Position numbers and translations under genes: made by a program. This document shows positions 1 through 8,032 of a stretch of 64,000 bases of DNA, piece by piece. Every line of letters begins with the position of its first letter. The stretch's first letter is position 1. The stretch comes from an uncultured Flavobacteriaceae bacterium (GTDB lineage Bacteria > Bacteroidota > Bacteroidia > Flavobacteriales > Flavobacteriaceae), in NCBI GenBank assembly GCA_947311635.1, contig CAMZLD010000056.1, positions 365 to 64,364 of the forward strand, read 5' to 3'. The notes under the pieces were generated by a model. That model did no database searches. It saw only the letters and a list, made by a program, of their open reading frames with translations, and was not told where the DNA came from.

Positions 1-358
1 TGGTGCTCCAAGCATTGTAAAACAGATACAATTTATCATCTCTAATCTCATACGTTTCTGGATTTGATTGCATCTTTTTTCTTTTAGCAACCGCATAAGC
101 ACAATAACCTCCGTATTGAGGCTCGTATTTTTTTTGGCTTGCTTTAAAAGCTTCTAAATGTGCTTCTGAAACAAATAAAAACTGAACACCATTATACGCA
201 ATAGCAAACTTTTGTGTGCCTTTTTGTGGAGCGCCTTCAAAATACGAAACAACATCATAACCACCTAAAACCGTATTGTCTATGATATTATAGTCTAATT
301 GTTGTGCATTGCCAACATAAAACGCTAAGAGTAAAAAAAATGTATTGTAAAATCTCAT
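1..358 (-). CDS. YHS domain-containing protein (3' end runs off the window)
   Basis: Own minus-strand translation from the ATG at 358-356: MRFYNTFFLLLAFYVGNAQQLDYNIIDNTVLGGYDVVSYFEGAPQKG...PQYGGYCAYAVAK...DDKLYLFYNAWST. It has a signal peptide plus the GGYD..SYF / YGGYCA / KLYLF pattern of the YHS family. It is absent from the ORF track because it is open at the window edge. Confidence 0.7.
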   Translation of the reverse strand, partial: MRFYNTFFLLLAFYVGNAQQLDYNIIDNTVLGGYDVVSYFEGAPQKGTQKFAIAYNGVQFLFVSEAHLEAFKASQKKYEPQYGGYCAYAVAKRKKMQSNPETYEIRDDKLYLFYNAWST

Positions 359-401
359 TTCATTCATATTTGTAATACATAGTCGTTGCTATTAAATTTC
401 C

Positions 402-674
402 TTACAGAAAATTAGTAACTTCTTGAAAAGGCATCATGCTGCTCATTAAAAGTGCAATACTATCTTTTAAAATCTTGGTAATGGTAACTAAAATTACCGC
501 AATAAGTAAGGCAACTGTGGTATTTTTAATTTCTTGAAATTCATGAACACTTTTAGTAAGCACAGAAAACAATAAAAAAGTAACCACATTAACTACCAAG
601 GCAAATAAAAAACCAAAAGTAAATACAAGCCAGAATATTTTAATATTTGGGCAAACGGACAGTATCACTTTCAT
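402..674 (-). CDS. small membrane protein, two predicted TM helices, function unknown
   Basis: 90-aa ORF with two long hydrophobic stretches (IFWLVFTFGFLFALVVNVVTFLLF and ALLIAVILVTI). No recognisable motif. Confidence 0.45.
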   Translation of the reverse strand: MKVILSVCPNIKIFWLVFTFGFLFALVVNVVTFLLFSVLTKSVHEFQEIKNTTVALLIAVILVTITKILKDSIALLMSSMMPFQEVTNFL

Positions 675-794
675 TTATGGTTATTCTAATAATATTAGAA
701 ATCGATAAAAAAATAGTTTTACTAGTTGATTTACTAGGTTTTATAGATTCTTTTTAGTTTTTTTGTGTTTTTAAAAACATAATACAAACTAAAA

Positions 795-1241
795 ATGAAA
801 TTATTTAAAGGATTATTAGTTGTTGCATTTGTAAGCTTAGTAGCTGTTTCTTGTAACAAAACAAAAGCAGATGCTGCAGCAGCAGATGCTAAAACCGAGG
901 TTGTAGCAAAAGAAGTTGCTAAAGAAGGCGCAAAAAAATGTGGGCCAGATTGTAAAAAAGCATGTTGCGCTAACAAAGCAGCAGCAGATCACAAATGTGA
1001 TGAAAACTGTAAAAAGAACGGATGTTCTGCAGCAGACAAAGCAGCTCACAAATGTTCAGATGCTAAATGTAGCCCTGATTGTAAAGATGCTAACTGTGCT
1101 AAATGTGCTGCAAAAAAAGCAGCTTGTAAAGCGCATTGTGCTGCAAAAAAAGTTGAAGCAGGTGCTAAAAAAGCCGCAGCAGATGTAAAAGCTGGTGCAG
1201 ACAAGGTTGTAAAAGACGTTAAGGAAGCAGTGACACACTAA
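795..1241 (+). CDS. Cys/Lys/Ala-rich lipoprotein, metallothionein-like, function unknown
   Basis: Lipobox LVAVSC, then 14 Cys within about 80 aa in CxxxC/CC/HKC spacings (KKCGPDCKKACC, HKCDENCKKNGC, HKCSDAKCSPDCKDANCAKCAAKKAACKAHC). A 16-bp internal direct repeat tgtgctgcaaaaaaag sits at 1104 and 1137. A hairpin plus T-run follows the stop. Confidence 0.7.
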   Translation: MKLFKGLLVVAFVSLVAVSCNKTKADAAAADAKTEVVAKEVAKEGAKKCGPDCKKACCANKAAADHKCDENCKKNGCSAADKAAHKCSDAKCSPDCKDANCAKCAAKKAACKAHCAAKKVEAGAKKAAADVKAGADKVVKDVKEAVTH

Positions 1242-1271
1242 ATAATTCACAACTTCAAAAATTAACATAAA

Positions 1272-1298
1272 GGCTTTCCGATAGGAAAGTCTTTTTTT
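1272..1298. terminator. intrinsic terminator between convergent genes
   Basis: GGCTTTCC-GATA-GGAAAGTC stem (8 bp, one G-U) followed by T7. It lies between the Cys-rich gene (+) and ctaA (-). Confidence 0.65.
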
Positions 1299-2358
1299 AT
1301 ATTTTTTTCCGAAGGGAGAAGTAATAAAACAACAAACTAATAAAAAACAAAACCCCTACAAGTTGATGCGATACACCGTAAAACAAAGGAATACCGCCTT
1401 TTATATTCAAGAGTGTTAAAATGCCTAAAATTACTTGTACGCTAACCAAGACCATTGCTATTTGAAGCCATTTTTTTGAAAGCGTAAGAACAGAATTTCT
1501 ATTCTTAACAAATAGAAAAAGCATACAAAAGAGTATTAAATAAGCTAACAAACGATGTGTAAATTGTACAAAAGCTGGTGCAAATAAAAAGGAGTCATAA
1601 TTTGTTAAATTATGTAATGTCCAATGTTGAGGTTGTTTTAAAACTTTCGGAATAAAGGTTCCGTTCATATCTGGCCATGACGGAAAATACAAACCAGCTT
1701 TCATGCCAGACATTAAACCTGCAAAGATTAGCTGTAAAAAAGTTAACCCTAAAATAACTTTAATGAGTGTTTTATTTTGATAAGTATTTGCTTTGTAATT
1801 ATAAACATCTGCAATGGTTTTTACCATGGCGGCAATACTTAAAGTCGCTAAAATAAAATGTAAAGTAAGTTTATAAGCATTAACCCAAGGTCTATTTATT
1901 AAACCACTTTTAACCATAATCCAACCTGCAGAAGCGGTTAAAGCTGTAAAAAAAATAACCAACCCTAGGCGTTTAATTAAATACCAATTAATTTGTTTTT
2001 TTAGTAAGAATAGTAGAAAAGGAATTAAAAAAACAAAACCTAAAACTCGTACCCAAAGACGGTGAAAATATTCCCAAAAAAAAATAAATTTAAAGTCTTT
2101 TAATTTAAAATCGGCATTGATTTTATGGTATTGAGGTGTTTGTTTATACATTTCAAAAGCATCATTCCATTGTGTTTTGTTTAATGGCGGAATGACACCG
2201 CTTACTATATCCCATTTTGTAATTGATAATCCAGAGCCTGTTAGCCTTGTAATACCGCCTAAAATAACTTGCCCAACAAGCATCACTAGACCAATAATGA
2301 GCCAAATTCTAATAATTTTTGTGTATTTATAATCTTTAAACATCTTTATTTTTTCCAC
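1297..2358 (-). CDS. ctaA: heme A synthase, COX15/CtaA family
   Basis: 353-aa polytopic membrane protein. The N-terminus (GGITRLTGSGLSITKWD, PPLN..QW..F..YK..PQY) and conserved His-containing helices are typical of COX15/CtaA. Confidence 0.85.
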   Translation of the reverse strand: MEKIKMFKDYKYTKIIRIWLIIGLVMLVGQVILGGITRLTGSGLSITKWDIVSGVIPPLNKTQWNDAFEMYKQTPQYHKINADFKLKDFKFIFFWEYFHRLWVRVLGFVFLIPFLLFLLKKQINWYLIKRLGLVIFFTALTASAGWIMVKSGLINRPWVNAYKLTLHFILATLSIAAMVKTIADVYNYKANTYQNKTLIKVILGLTFLQLIFAGLMSGMKAGLYFPSWPDMNGTFIPKVLKQPQHWTLHNLTNYDSFLFAPAFVQFTHRLLAYLILFCMLFLFVKNRNSVLTLSKKWLQIAMVLVSVQVILGILTLLNIKGGIPLFYGVSHQLVGVLFFISLLFYYFSLRKKI

Positions 2359-2906
2359 TTTAGGGTTTCAATCAAATGCATTACATCTTTTTCTATGTAT
2401 TTAATAGCTGGTTGAATAGAATCGTAGTTTGGTTTTACGTTAAAATACAAAGCTCCAGCCAAGACATGTTTAACGCTGTCTGTAACTCTAAACTGAAGAT
2501 TAGAAGCTGCATTTCCTTCTACATTATAGATCATTGCATAGACATTTTCCTTTTTGTTTTCAAACGGAATACTGTTAATTGCATCTGCTTTAATTGTGTG
2601 TTCTAAGGTGATTTTTTCTACTTCTTGAAGTACAATATTTAAATTGTTTTTTACATTTCTATACGTTAAGTGAAGGGTTGCATTTAATTTTGGGTATTTA
2701 ATTTTTGCCCAACAATTTTGCTGAATTTGAATGCTTGTTTTCTTCGAGATTTCAAAAATATAAGGACACGCGCTTTCTATTTTCTGATAGTTGGGTTTTT
2801 CATATTTTAATCTTAAAAAAGCTTTGGGTTTGGGTATTGTTTCTTGTTGGCAAGCAGTTACCACAAAAAATAGAACACAAAAAAATACACCTACAACTTT
2901 ATTCAT
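2346..2906 (-). CDS. gldD: gliding motility lipoprotein GldD
   Basis: 186-aa lipoprotein (VVTAC) immediately downstream of gldE and overlapping it by 8 nt, the canonical gldE-gldD arrangement. The size and N-terminal region fit GldD. Confidence 0.75.
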   Translation of the reverse strand: MNKVVGVFFCVLFFVVTACQQETIPKPKAFLRLKYEKPNYQKIESACPYIFEISKKTSIQIQQNCWAKIKYPKLNATLHLTYRNVKNNLNIVLQEVEKITLEHTIKADAINSIPFENKKENVYAMIYNVEGNAASNLQFRVTDSVKHVLAGALYFNVKPNYDSIQPAIKYIEKDVMHLIETLKWKK

Positions 2907-4221
2907 TCATAGTGATTTTTACTTGTTTAATACGTTTTCTATCAACAGACTCTATTGTGAATGTAAAATTTTTGAAATGTATTTTTTCTTTTTTCTTCGG
3001 AAATTTTCCATATAATTCTAATAAAAACCCTGCAATTGTTTCAGATTCGCCTTTGCTATCTTCAAACAGAGCTTCGTCTATTTGAAGGACTTTGCAAAAA
3101 TCTTTTAAGGTAGTTTTAGCTTCGAAGACGTAATTGTGAGCATCTAATTTAGAATAATTTAAATCATCTTCATCGTATTCATCTGTAATATCACCTACAA
3201 TTTCTTCTATAACATCTTGTAAGGTTACAATGCCGCTTGTGCCACCATATTCATCTACAACGACAGCAAGGTGATTTTTTTTACTTTTAAACTCTACAAG
3301 TAAATCGTCTAGTTTTTTGTTTTCGGGCACAAAATAAGGTTCTTTTAAAAGGCTATGCCAATCAAATTCCTTTTTATCTAAATGTGCTAATAAATCTTTG
3401 GTATAAATTACACCTACAATATTATCTATGTTTTCTTGATAAACAGGGTTTCTAGAAAATCCTTTTTTAGTTATTTTTTTAAGCATTTCAGAAAAATCTT
3501 CGTCTTTAGAGATTCCAAAAATTTCTGTACGCGGTGTCATGATTTGAATGGTTTCTGTGTTTCCGAAGTTAACAATACCTTCTAGTATTTTCTGTTCTTC
3601 TGTTGTTGTAGCATCTTCTGCTGTTAGCTCTAATGCTTTTGATAAATTTTCTACAGATAAATTGCTTTGTTTTGCGCCTAATTTTTTTTCAACAAAATTG
3701 GTTAACCCTAACAACGGAATGCTTAAAAAACTTAAAAATGAGGTGATATATTTTAAAGGAAACACCATAAAAGAAGCGAATTTTAATGAATTTCTTGTGG
3801 CGTATACTTTTGGTAAAACTTCACCAAACAATAAAATTAAAAAGGTAATTAGTACAACTTCTAATAAAAACCGAATGCTAACATTAAAGAAATATAAATT
3901 TAGGTTGTAGGTTAGATTGGCAAAGATTATTTCGCCTAATACGGCAAACAGCAGTACAATTAAAATATTGATAAAATTATTTGCAATTAAAATACTAGCC
4001 AATAATTTTTTTGGTTTATTAAGCAATGAAACTACATGCTGTTGAGCTTTTGATTTGCTTTGCGAAGCGGCATCTAAATCGGTTTGCGATAACGAAAAAA
4101 ACGCAACTTCTGCACCAGAAATTAATGCAGAACAAATTAAAAGTGTTATTAATAAAACACTGTAGATTACAACTGTAAAGTTAAAACTGAAAGTTAAAAA
4201 TATGACGGGTTCTGGATCCAA
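2899..4221 (-). CDS. gldE: gliding motility-associated protein GldE (DUF21-CBS pair-CorC/HlyC)
   Basis: 440 aa with an N-terminal four-TM DUF21 region, a CBS pair (IMTPRTEIF...NPVYQENIDNIVGVIYTKDLL) and a C-terminal CorC_HlyC region. It sits upstream of gldD. Confidence 0.85.
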   Translation of the reverse strand: MDPEPVIFLTFSFNFTVVIYSVLLITLLICSALISGAEVAFFSLSQTDLDAASQSKSKAQQHVVSLLNKPKKLLASILIANNFINILIVLLFAVLGEIIFANLTYNLNLYFFNVSIRFLLEVVLITFLILLFGEVLPKVYATRNSLKFASFMVFPLKYITSFLSFLSIPLLGLTNFVEKKLGAKQSNLSVENLSKALELTAEDATTTEEQKILEGIVNFGNTETIQIMTPRTEIFGISKDEDFSEMLKKITKKGFSRNPVYQENIDNIVGVIYTKDLLAHLDKKEFDWHSLLKEPYFVPENKKLDDLLVEFKSKKNHLAVVVDEYGGTSGIVTLQDVIEEIVGDITDEYDEDDLNYSKLDAHNYVFEAKTTLKDFCKVLQIDEALFEDSKGESETIAGFLLELYGKFPKKKEKIHFKNFTFTIESVDRKRIKQVKITMNE

Positions 4222-4242
4222 ATAGTTAAATTTTTATGTTAA

Positions 4243-4665
4243 TTAAAATGGCAAATCATCGTTTTGATTTGCTGTATTTTCTGGTGTTGTTGTGTTAGTG
4301 TTTTGCGTTTTTTGATTGCTTTGGGTTTCTTTTTTTGTGCTTAAAAAATTCATGTCAAAGACATGAATTTCTGTTGTATAACGCTTTACACCATCTTGTT
4401 CCCATTGGCGTGTTTTAATTCTTCCTTCGCAATATACTTTATCGCCTTTACTTAAATATTTTTCGCAAATTTCTGCTAATTTATTTCGTACAACAATATT
4501 ATGCCACTCTGTGGTTGTTACGCGTTCGCCAGTTTGTTTGTTGGTGTAACTTTCGTTTGTAGCTAATGGAAAACGCCCAATAGAATTTCCGCCATCAAAA
4601 TAATGCATTTTAATTTCGTCTCCTAAATGTCCTATAAGTATTACTTTATTAATTGTACCTGCCAT
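4243..4665 (-). CDS. ssb: single-stranded DNA-binding protein
   Basis: OB-fold N-terminus (NKVILIGHLGDE...TEWHNIVV...GDKVYCEGRI..R.W), a disordered Q/N/T-rich tail and a terminal DDLPF acidic tip. Confidence 0.95.
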   Translation of the reverse strand: MAGTINKVILIGHLGDEIKMHYFDGGNSIGRFPLATNESYTNKQTGERVTTTEWHNIVVRNKLAEICEKYLSKGDKVYCEGRIKTRQWEQDGVKRYTTEIHVFDMNFLSTKKETQSNQKTQNTNTTTPENTANQNDDLPF

Positions 4666-4695
4666 GGTTTTTGTCTTAAATATTATTCAAAAATA

Positions 4696-5745
4696 CTAAA
4701 AATTTAAATCCCTTTTATAAGACTGTAAAAAATTAGCAATTAAGACGGGTACTGCAAAGGTCTCAACTTTATTCCATGAGATTGTTTTTGCTGTGGTTGT
4801 ATTGGTTTTAAGAACCCAAAATTGAGTGTATAAGTGCTGATGTGACAATTTATGAATAATAGGTTTTTTATTATATAAATTTAGGCTGTATTTTTTCGGA
4901 AATAATTTTACAAAGTCATTCTCTTTTTCCAGTTGTTTTTTTGTTAAAATAGCAGTTGTTTCTATGAGCGGAAATTCATACAAATTTTGCCAAATACCTT
5001 TGCCTTTACGTTGCGTAAGGATGGTATTTTCTTCTAAAATTGTAGAGATGATGAAATTAAAATACCTCTTTCTTACTTTCGTTTTGTTAATTTTTACGGG
5101 TAGATCTTGCTGTAAATTTTCTTTAAAAGCAACACATGTATATTGTAAATCACAATCTGTGCATAGTGGATTTTGAGGTTTACAGACACGCGCTCCATAT
5201 TCCATAATGGCTTGGTTATGCGTTCCGGGATTGCTAACATCTAAATATTGTTGTGCTTGTTTTTTAAAAAGTTTGATTCCTTGAGAAGCGTTTATGGGTG
5301 TAAATATTCCGAAGAATCTTGCAAGAACACGATAAACATTGCCATCAACAACAGCTGTTGGCTCATTATAACAAATAGAAGCAATGGCAGATGCGGTATA
5401 ATCACCAACACCTTTAAGAGCAAGAAGGGTTTTGTAATCTTTTGGAAATTGACCATTTAATTCGTTTACAATATATTGCGCTGATGCGTGTAAGTTTCTA
5501 GCTCTAGAATAATACCCTAAACCTTGCCAAAGTTTTAAAACAGTTTCTTGTTTTGCAGCAGCGAGGTCAAAAACTGTTGGAAAATGTTTAACAAATGATA
5601 GGTAATACGTAATTCCTTGATCTATTCTTGTTTGCTGTAGAATAATTTCTGAAAGCCAAATTTTATAAGGATCTTTGGTTTGCCGCCAAGGTAAATCTCT
5701 TTTATTTTGTAAATACCAGTTTGTGAGTGTTTTAGAAAATAGCAT
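4696..5745 (-). CDS. mutY: A/G-specific adenine glycosylase MutY
   Basis: HhH-GPD region (LPWRQTKDPYKIWLSEIILQQTR...LKGVGDYTA), 4Fe-4S Cys cluster (CKPQNPLCTDCDLQYTC) and a NUDIX-like C-terminus. I chose the start at the internal ATG MLFSKTL; the ORF track extends to 5775. Confidence 0.9.
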   Translation of the reverse strand: MLFSKTLTNWYLQNKRDLPWRQTKDPYKIWLSEIILQQTRIDQGITYYLSFVKHFPTVFDLAAAKQETVLKLWQGLGYYSRARNLHASAQYIVNELNGQFPKDYKTLLALKGVGDYTASAIASICYNEPTAVVDGNVYRVLARFFGIFTPINASQGIKLFKKQAQQYLDVSNPGTHNQAIMEYGARVCKPQNPLCTDCDLQYTCVAFKENLQQDLPVKINKTKVRKRYFNFIISTILEENTILTQRKGKGIWQNLYEFPLIETTAILTKKQLEKENDFVKLFPKKYSLNLYNKKPIIHKLSHQHLYTQFWVLKTNTTTAKTISWNKVETFAVPVLIANFLQSYKRDLNF

Positions 5746-5827
5746 AATTGCAATATTACAAATGCAATAATACACTATTATTCTATTAAAAATTAGGATT
5801 TTACTTTATCAAGAAGATTTAATACGT

Positions 5828-5835
5828 TATATTTG
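5828..5835 (+). promoter_or_regulatory. candidate Bacteroidota -7 box (TAnnTTTG) for the HU gene
   Basis: TATATTTG lies 46 nt upstream of the HU ATG. No clear -33 TTG partner. Confidence 0.3.
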
Positions 5836-5880
5836 CCGTCTTAAAATTTGTATAAAAAAACACAATAAATAATAGAACTC

Positions 5881-6171
5881 ATGACGAAAGCAGATATCGT
5901 ATCAAAAATTTCTGACAAATCAGGAATAGAAAAAGCAGATGTTTTAGCAACAGTTGAAGCATTTATGGGAGAAGTTAAAGACGCCTTAGAAGGTGGAGAC
6001 AATGTTTATTTAAGAGGTTTTGGAAGCTTTATTATTAAAAAGAGAGCAGAAAAAACAGGAAGAAACATTTCTAAAAACACGACCATAAAAATTCCGGCAC
6101 ATAATATTCCAGCATTTAAACCTGCAAAAATATTTGTAGAAGGCGTTAAAACAAAAGTTTCTGTAAAATAA
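5881..6171 (+). CDS. hup: HU family DNA-binding protein
   Basis: 96 aa with the MTKADIV...VEAFM..V..AL..G..V.LRGFGSF..K.R..K.GRN..........IPA...P.FKP signature of HU/IHF. Confidence 0.9.
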   Translation: MTKADIVSKISDKSGIEKADVLATVEAFMGEVKDALEGGDNVYLRGFGSFIIKKRAEKTGRNISKNTTIKIPAHNIPAFKPAKIFVEGVKTKVSVK

Positions 6172-6204
6172 TTTACAAAAAATATTAATTAAAAACATTT
6201 TATT

Positions 6205-6297
6205 ATGCCAAGTGGTAAAAAAAGAAAGAGAGCTAAAATCTCTACGCATAAGCGTAAAAAAAGAGCAAGAGCAAATAGACATAAGAAGAAAAAGTAA
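6205..6297 (+). CDS. very basic 30-aa protein, bS22 / AURKAIP1-COX24-like small ribosomal protein
   Basis: Own translation: MPSGKKRKRAKISTHKRKKRARANRHKKKK then TAA at 6295. From memory it matches the MPSGKKRKR.K..THKRKKR...NRHKKK family annotated in Bacteroidota. It is below the 60-aa cut-off of the ORF track and is followed directly by a hairpin plus T-run. Confidence 0.6.
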   Translation: MPSGKKRKRAKISTHKRKKRARANRHKKKK

Positions 6298-6316
6298 GCT
6301 AAGCTTACTTTTTCGT
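6291..6316 (+). terminator. intrinsic terminator after HU / bS22-like genes
   Basis: AAAGTAAGC-TAA-GCTTACTTT stem-loop overlapping the stop codon, followed by TTTCGTTTT. Confidence 0.5.
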
Positions 6317-6446
6317 TTTGCTTAAAAACAAACAAGTTCATTGAAATAGAAATTTGAAAATCAAATTTCGTTGGGTTAAAACCCTGTAAAACTTACAAAC
6401 CAGTTGTACATTATTTAATTAGTGTATAACACAAAAACATTTCAGA

Positions 6447-7973
6447 GTGAAAAGAGAAATAATTATTAGATCCGAGAACTCTGATGTAGATTTTGCTTTA
6501 TTAAAAGATGGTAAGTTAATGGAGTTGTATAAAGATTCAATAGATAATAAGTTTGCTGTAGGAGACGTTTTTTTAGCGTCTGTTGGTAAAACATTATCTG
6601 GCTTAAATGCTGCCTTTGTAAATGTAGGCTATCAAAAAGATGGTTTTTTACATTACCATGATTTAGGCGCACAGATTAAATCTTTAGACACCTTTATTAA
6701 ACGCGTAAACACAGGTAAACAAAAAGAATTCACTTTAAAAAATTTCCGTTTTGAAAAAGACATTGACAAACACGGAAAAATTGAAGACGTATTAAAGTCT
6801 AAACAACAATTATTAGTTCAAATTGTTAAAGAGCCAATTTCTACCAAAGGACCTCGATTAAGTTCTGAGATTTCCATTGCAGGTAGATATTTGGTGCTTA
6901 TTCCTTTTTCTGACAAGGTTTCGGTATCTCAAAAGATTCCAGACGATAAAGAAAAAGATAGATTAAAAAGATTAGTAAGAAGCATTAAGCCAAAAGGTTT
7001 TGGTGTTATTGTAAGAACAGTAGCACAAAACAAAAAAGTGGCTCAATTAGATAAAGATTTAAGTAACTCATTAGAGCGTTGGGTTGGTATGTGTAAGCGT
7101 ATTAAAAACTCAAGCACGCCTTCCAAAGTGCTTAGTGAAATTAACAGAGCTTCTTCCATTTTAAGAGATGTCTTAAATGACTCCTTTACGGGTATTGTTA
7201 CAGATGATAAAAAATTATCTGAAGAAATAAAAAGCTATTTAATGGAAATAGCACCAGGTAGAGAGTCTATAGTTAAATATTATAGCGGTAAGTTTCCTAT
7301 ATTTGAAAAATTCAACATTGAACGCCAAATCAAAACAGCATTTGGAAAAACAGTTTCAATGACCAAAGGTGCTTACTTAGTAATAGAACATACAGAAGCA
7401 TTACATGTTATAGATGTAAATAGCGGAAACCGTTCTAACAAGGCAAAATCTCAATCAGAAACCGCTCTAGAAGTTAATTTAATTGCAGCAAGTGAAGTTG
7501 CAAGACAATTACGACTAAGAGATATGGGCGGCATTATTGTGGTAGATTTTATTGATATGCATAAAGCAGAAGATAGACAACAATTGTTTAATCATCTAAA
7601 AGAAGAAATGCAGTTTGATAGAACCAAACACAAAATTTTACCGCCAAGTAAATTTGGACTTGTTCAAATTACTAGGCAACGTGTTAGACCAGAACTAGTC
7701 ATTAAAACACGCGAAGATAATCCTAATACAAATAATGAAGTAGAAGCACCAATTGTTATCATAGATAAAATTGAGGCTGTACTAGAAAAAAAATTACAAC
7801 ATGGTAAGAAATTTTCATTACACGTACATCCGTTTGTAGCTTCATTTTTAAAACAAGGATTTCCTTCTATTCAACAACGTTGGTTGTTAAATTACAAAAA
7901 GTGGATTAAAATTGTACCTCGTGACGCTTTTACTTATCTAGAATTTAAATTTGTAAATGATAGAAACAAATAA
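6447..7973 (+). CDS. rng: Rne/Rng family ribonuclease (RNase G-like)
   Basis: 508 aa with an S1-like N-terminus (VGDVFLASVGKTLSGLNAAFVNVGYQKDGFLH) and a catalytic core (ALHVIDVNSG...GGIIVVDFIDM). GTG start at 6447. Confidence 0.9.
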   Translation: MKREIIIRSENSDVDFALLKDGKLMELYKDSIDNKFAVGDVFLASVGKTLSGLNAAFVNVGYQKDGFLHYHDLGAQIKSLDTFIKRVNTGKQKEFTLKNFRFEKDIDKHGKIEDVLKSKQQLLVQIVKEPISTKGPRLSSEISIAGRYLVLIPFSDKVSVSQKIPDDKEKDRLKRLVRSIKPKGFGVIVRTVAQNKKVAQLDKDLSNSLERWVGMCKRIKNSSTPSKVLSEINRASSILRDVLNDSFTGIVTDDKKLSEEIKSYLMEIAPGRESIVKYYSGKFPIFEKFNIERQIKTAFGKTVSMTKGAYLVIEHTEALHVIDVNSGNRSNKAKSQSETALEVNLIAASEVARQLRLRDMGGIIVVDFIDMHKAEDRQQLFNHLKEEMQFDRTKHKILPPSKFGLVQITRQRVRPELVIKTREDNPNTNNEVEAPIVIIDKIEAVLEKKLQHGKKFSLHVHPFVASFLKQGFPSIQQRWLLNYKKWIKIVPRDAFTYLEFKFVNDRNK

Positions 7974-7994
7974 AGTAGACACTATGTCAAATAA

Positions 7995-8028
7995 AAACCT
8001 GTTATTCAAAAGAATAACAGGTTTTTTT
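7995..8028. terminator. bidirectional intrinsic terminator
   Basis: AAACCTGTTATTC-AAAA-GAATAACAGGTTT (13-bp stem) flanked by an A-run and a T-run, between convergent rng (+) and the patatin gene (-). Confidence 0.8.
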
Positions 8029-8032
8029 ATGT

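Noticed and set aside
837-1268. Three additional ORFs (837-1049 minus, 916-1188 plus, 1056-1268 minus) overlapping the Cys-rich lipoprotein gene
   Set aside because: They are alternative frames of a low-complexity GCA/AAA/TGT-rich sequence. They have no signal peptide, motif or independent start context. The frame with the lipobox and ordered Cys spacing is the credible one.
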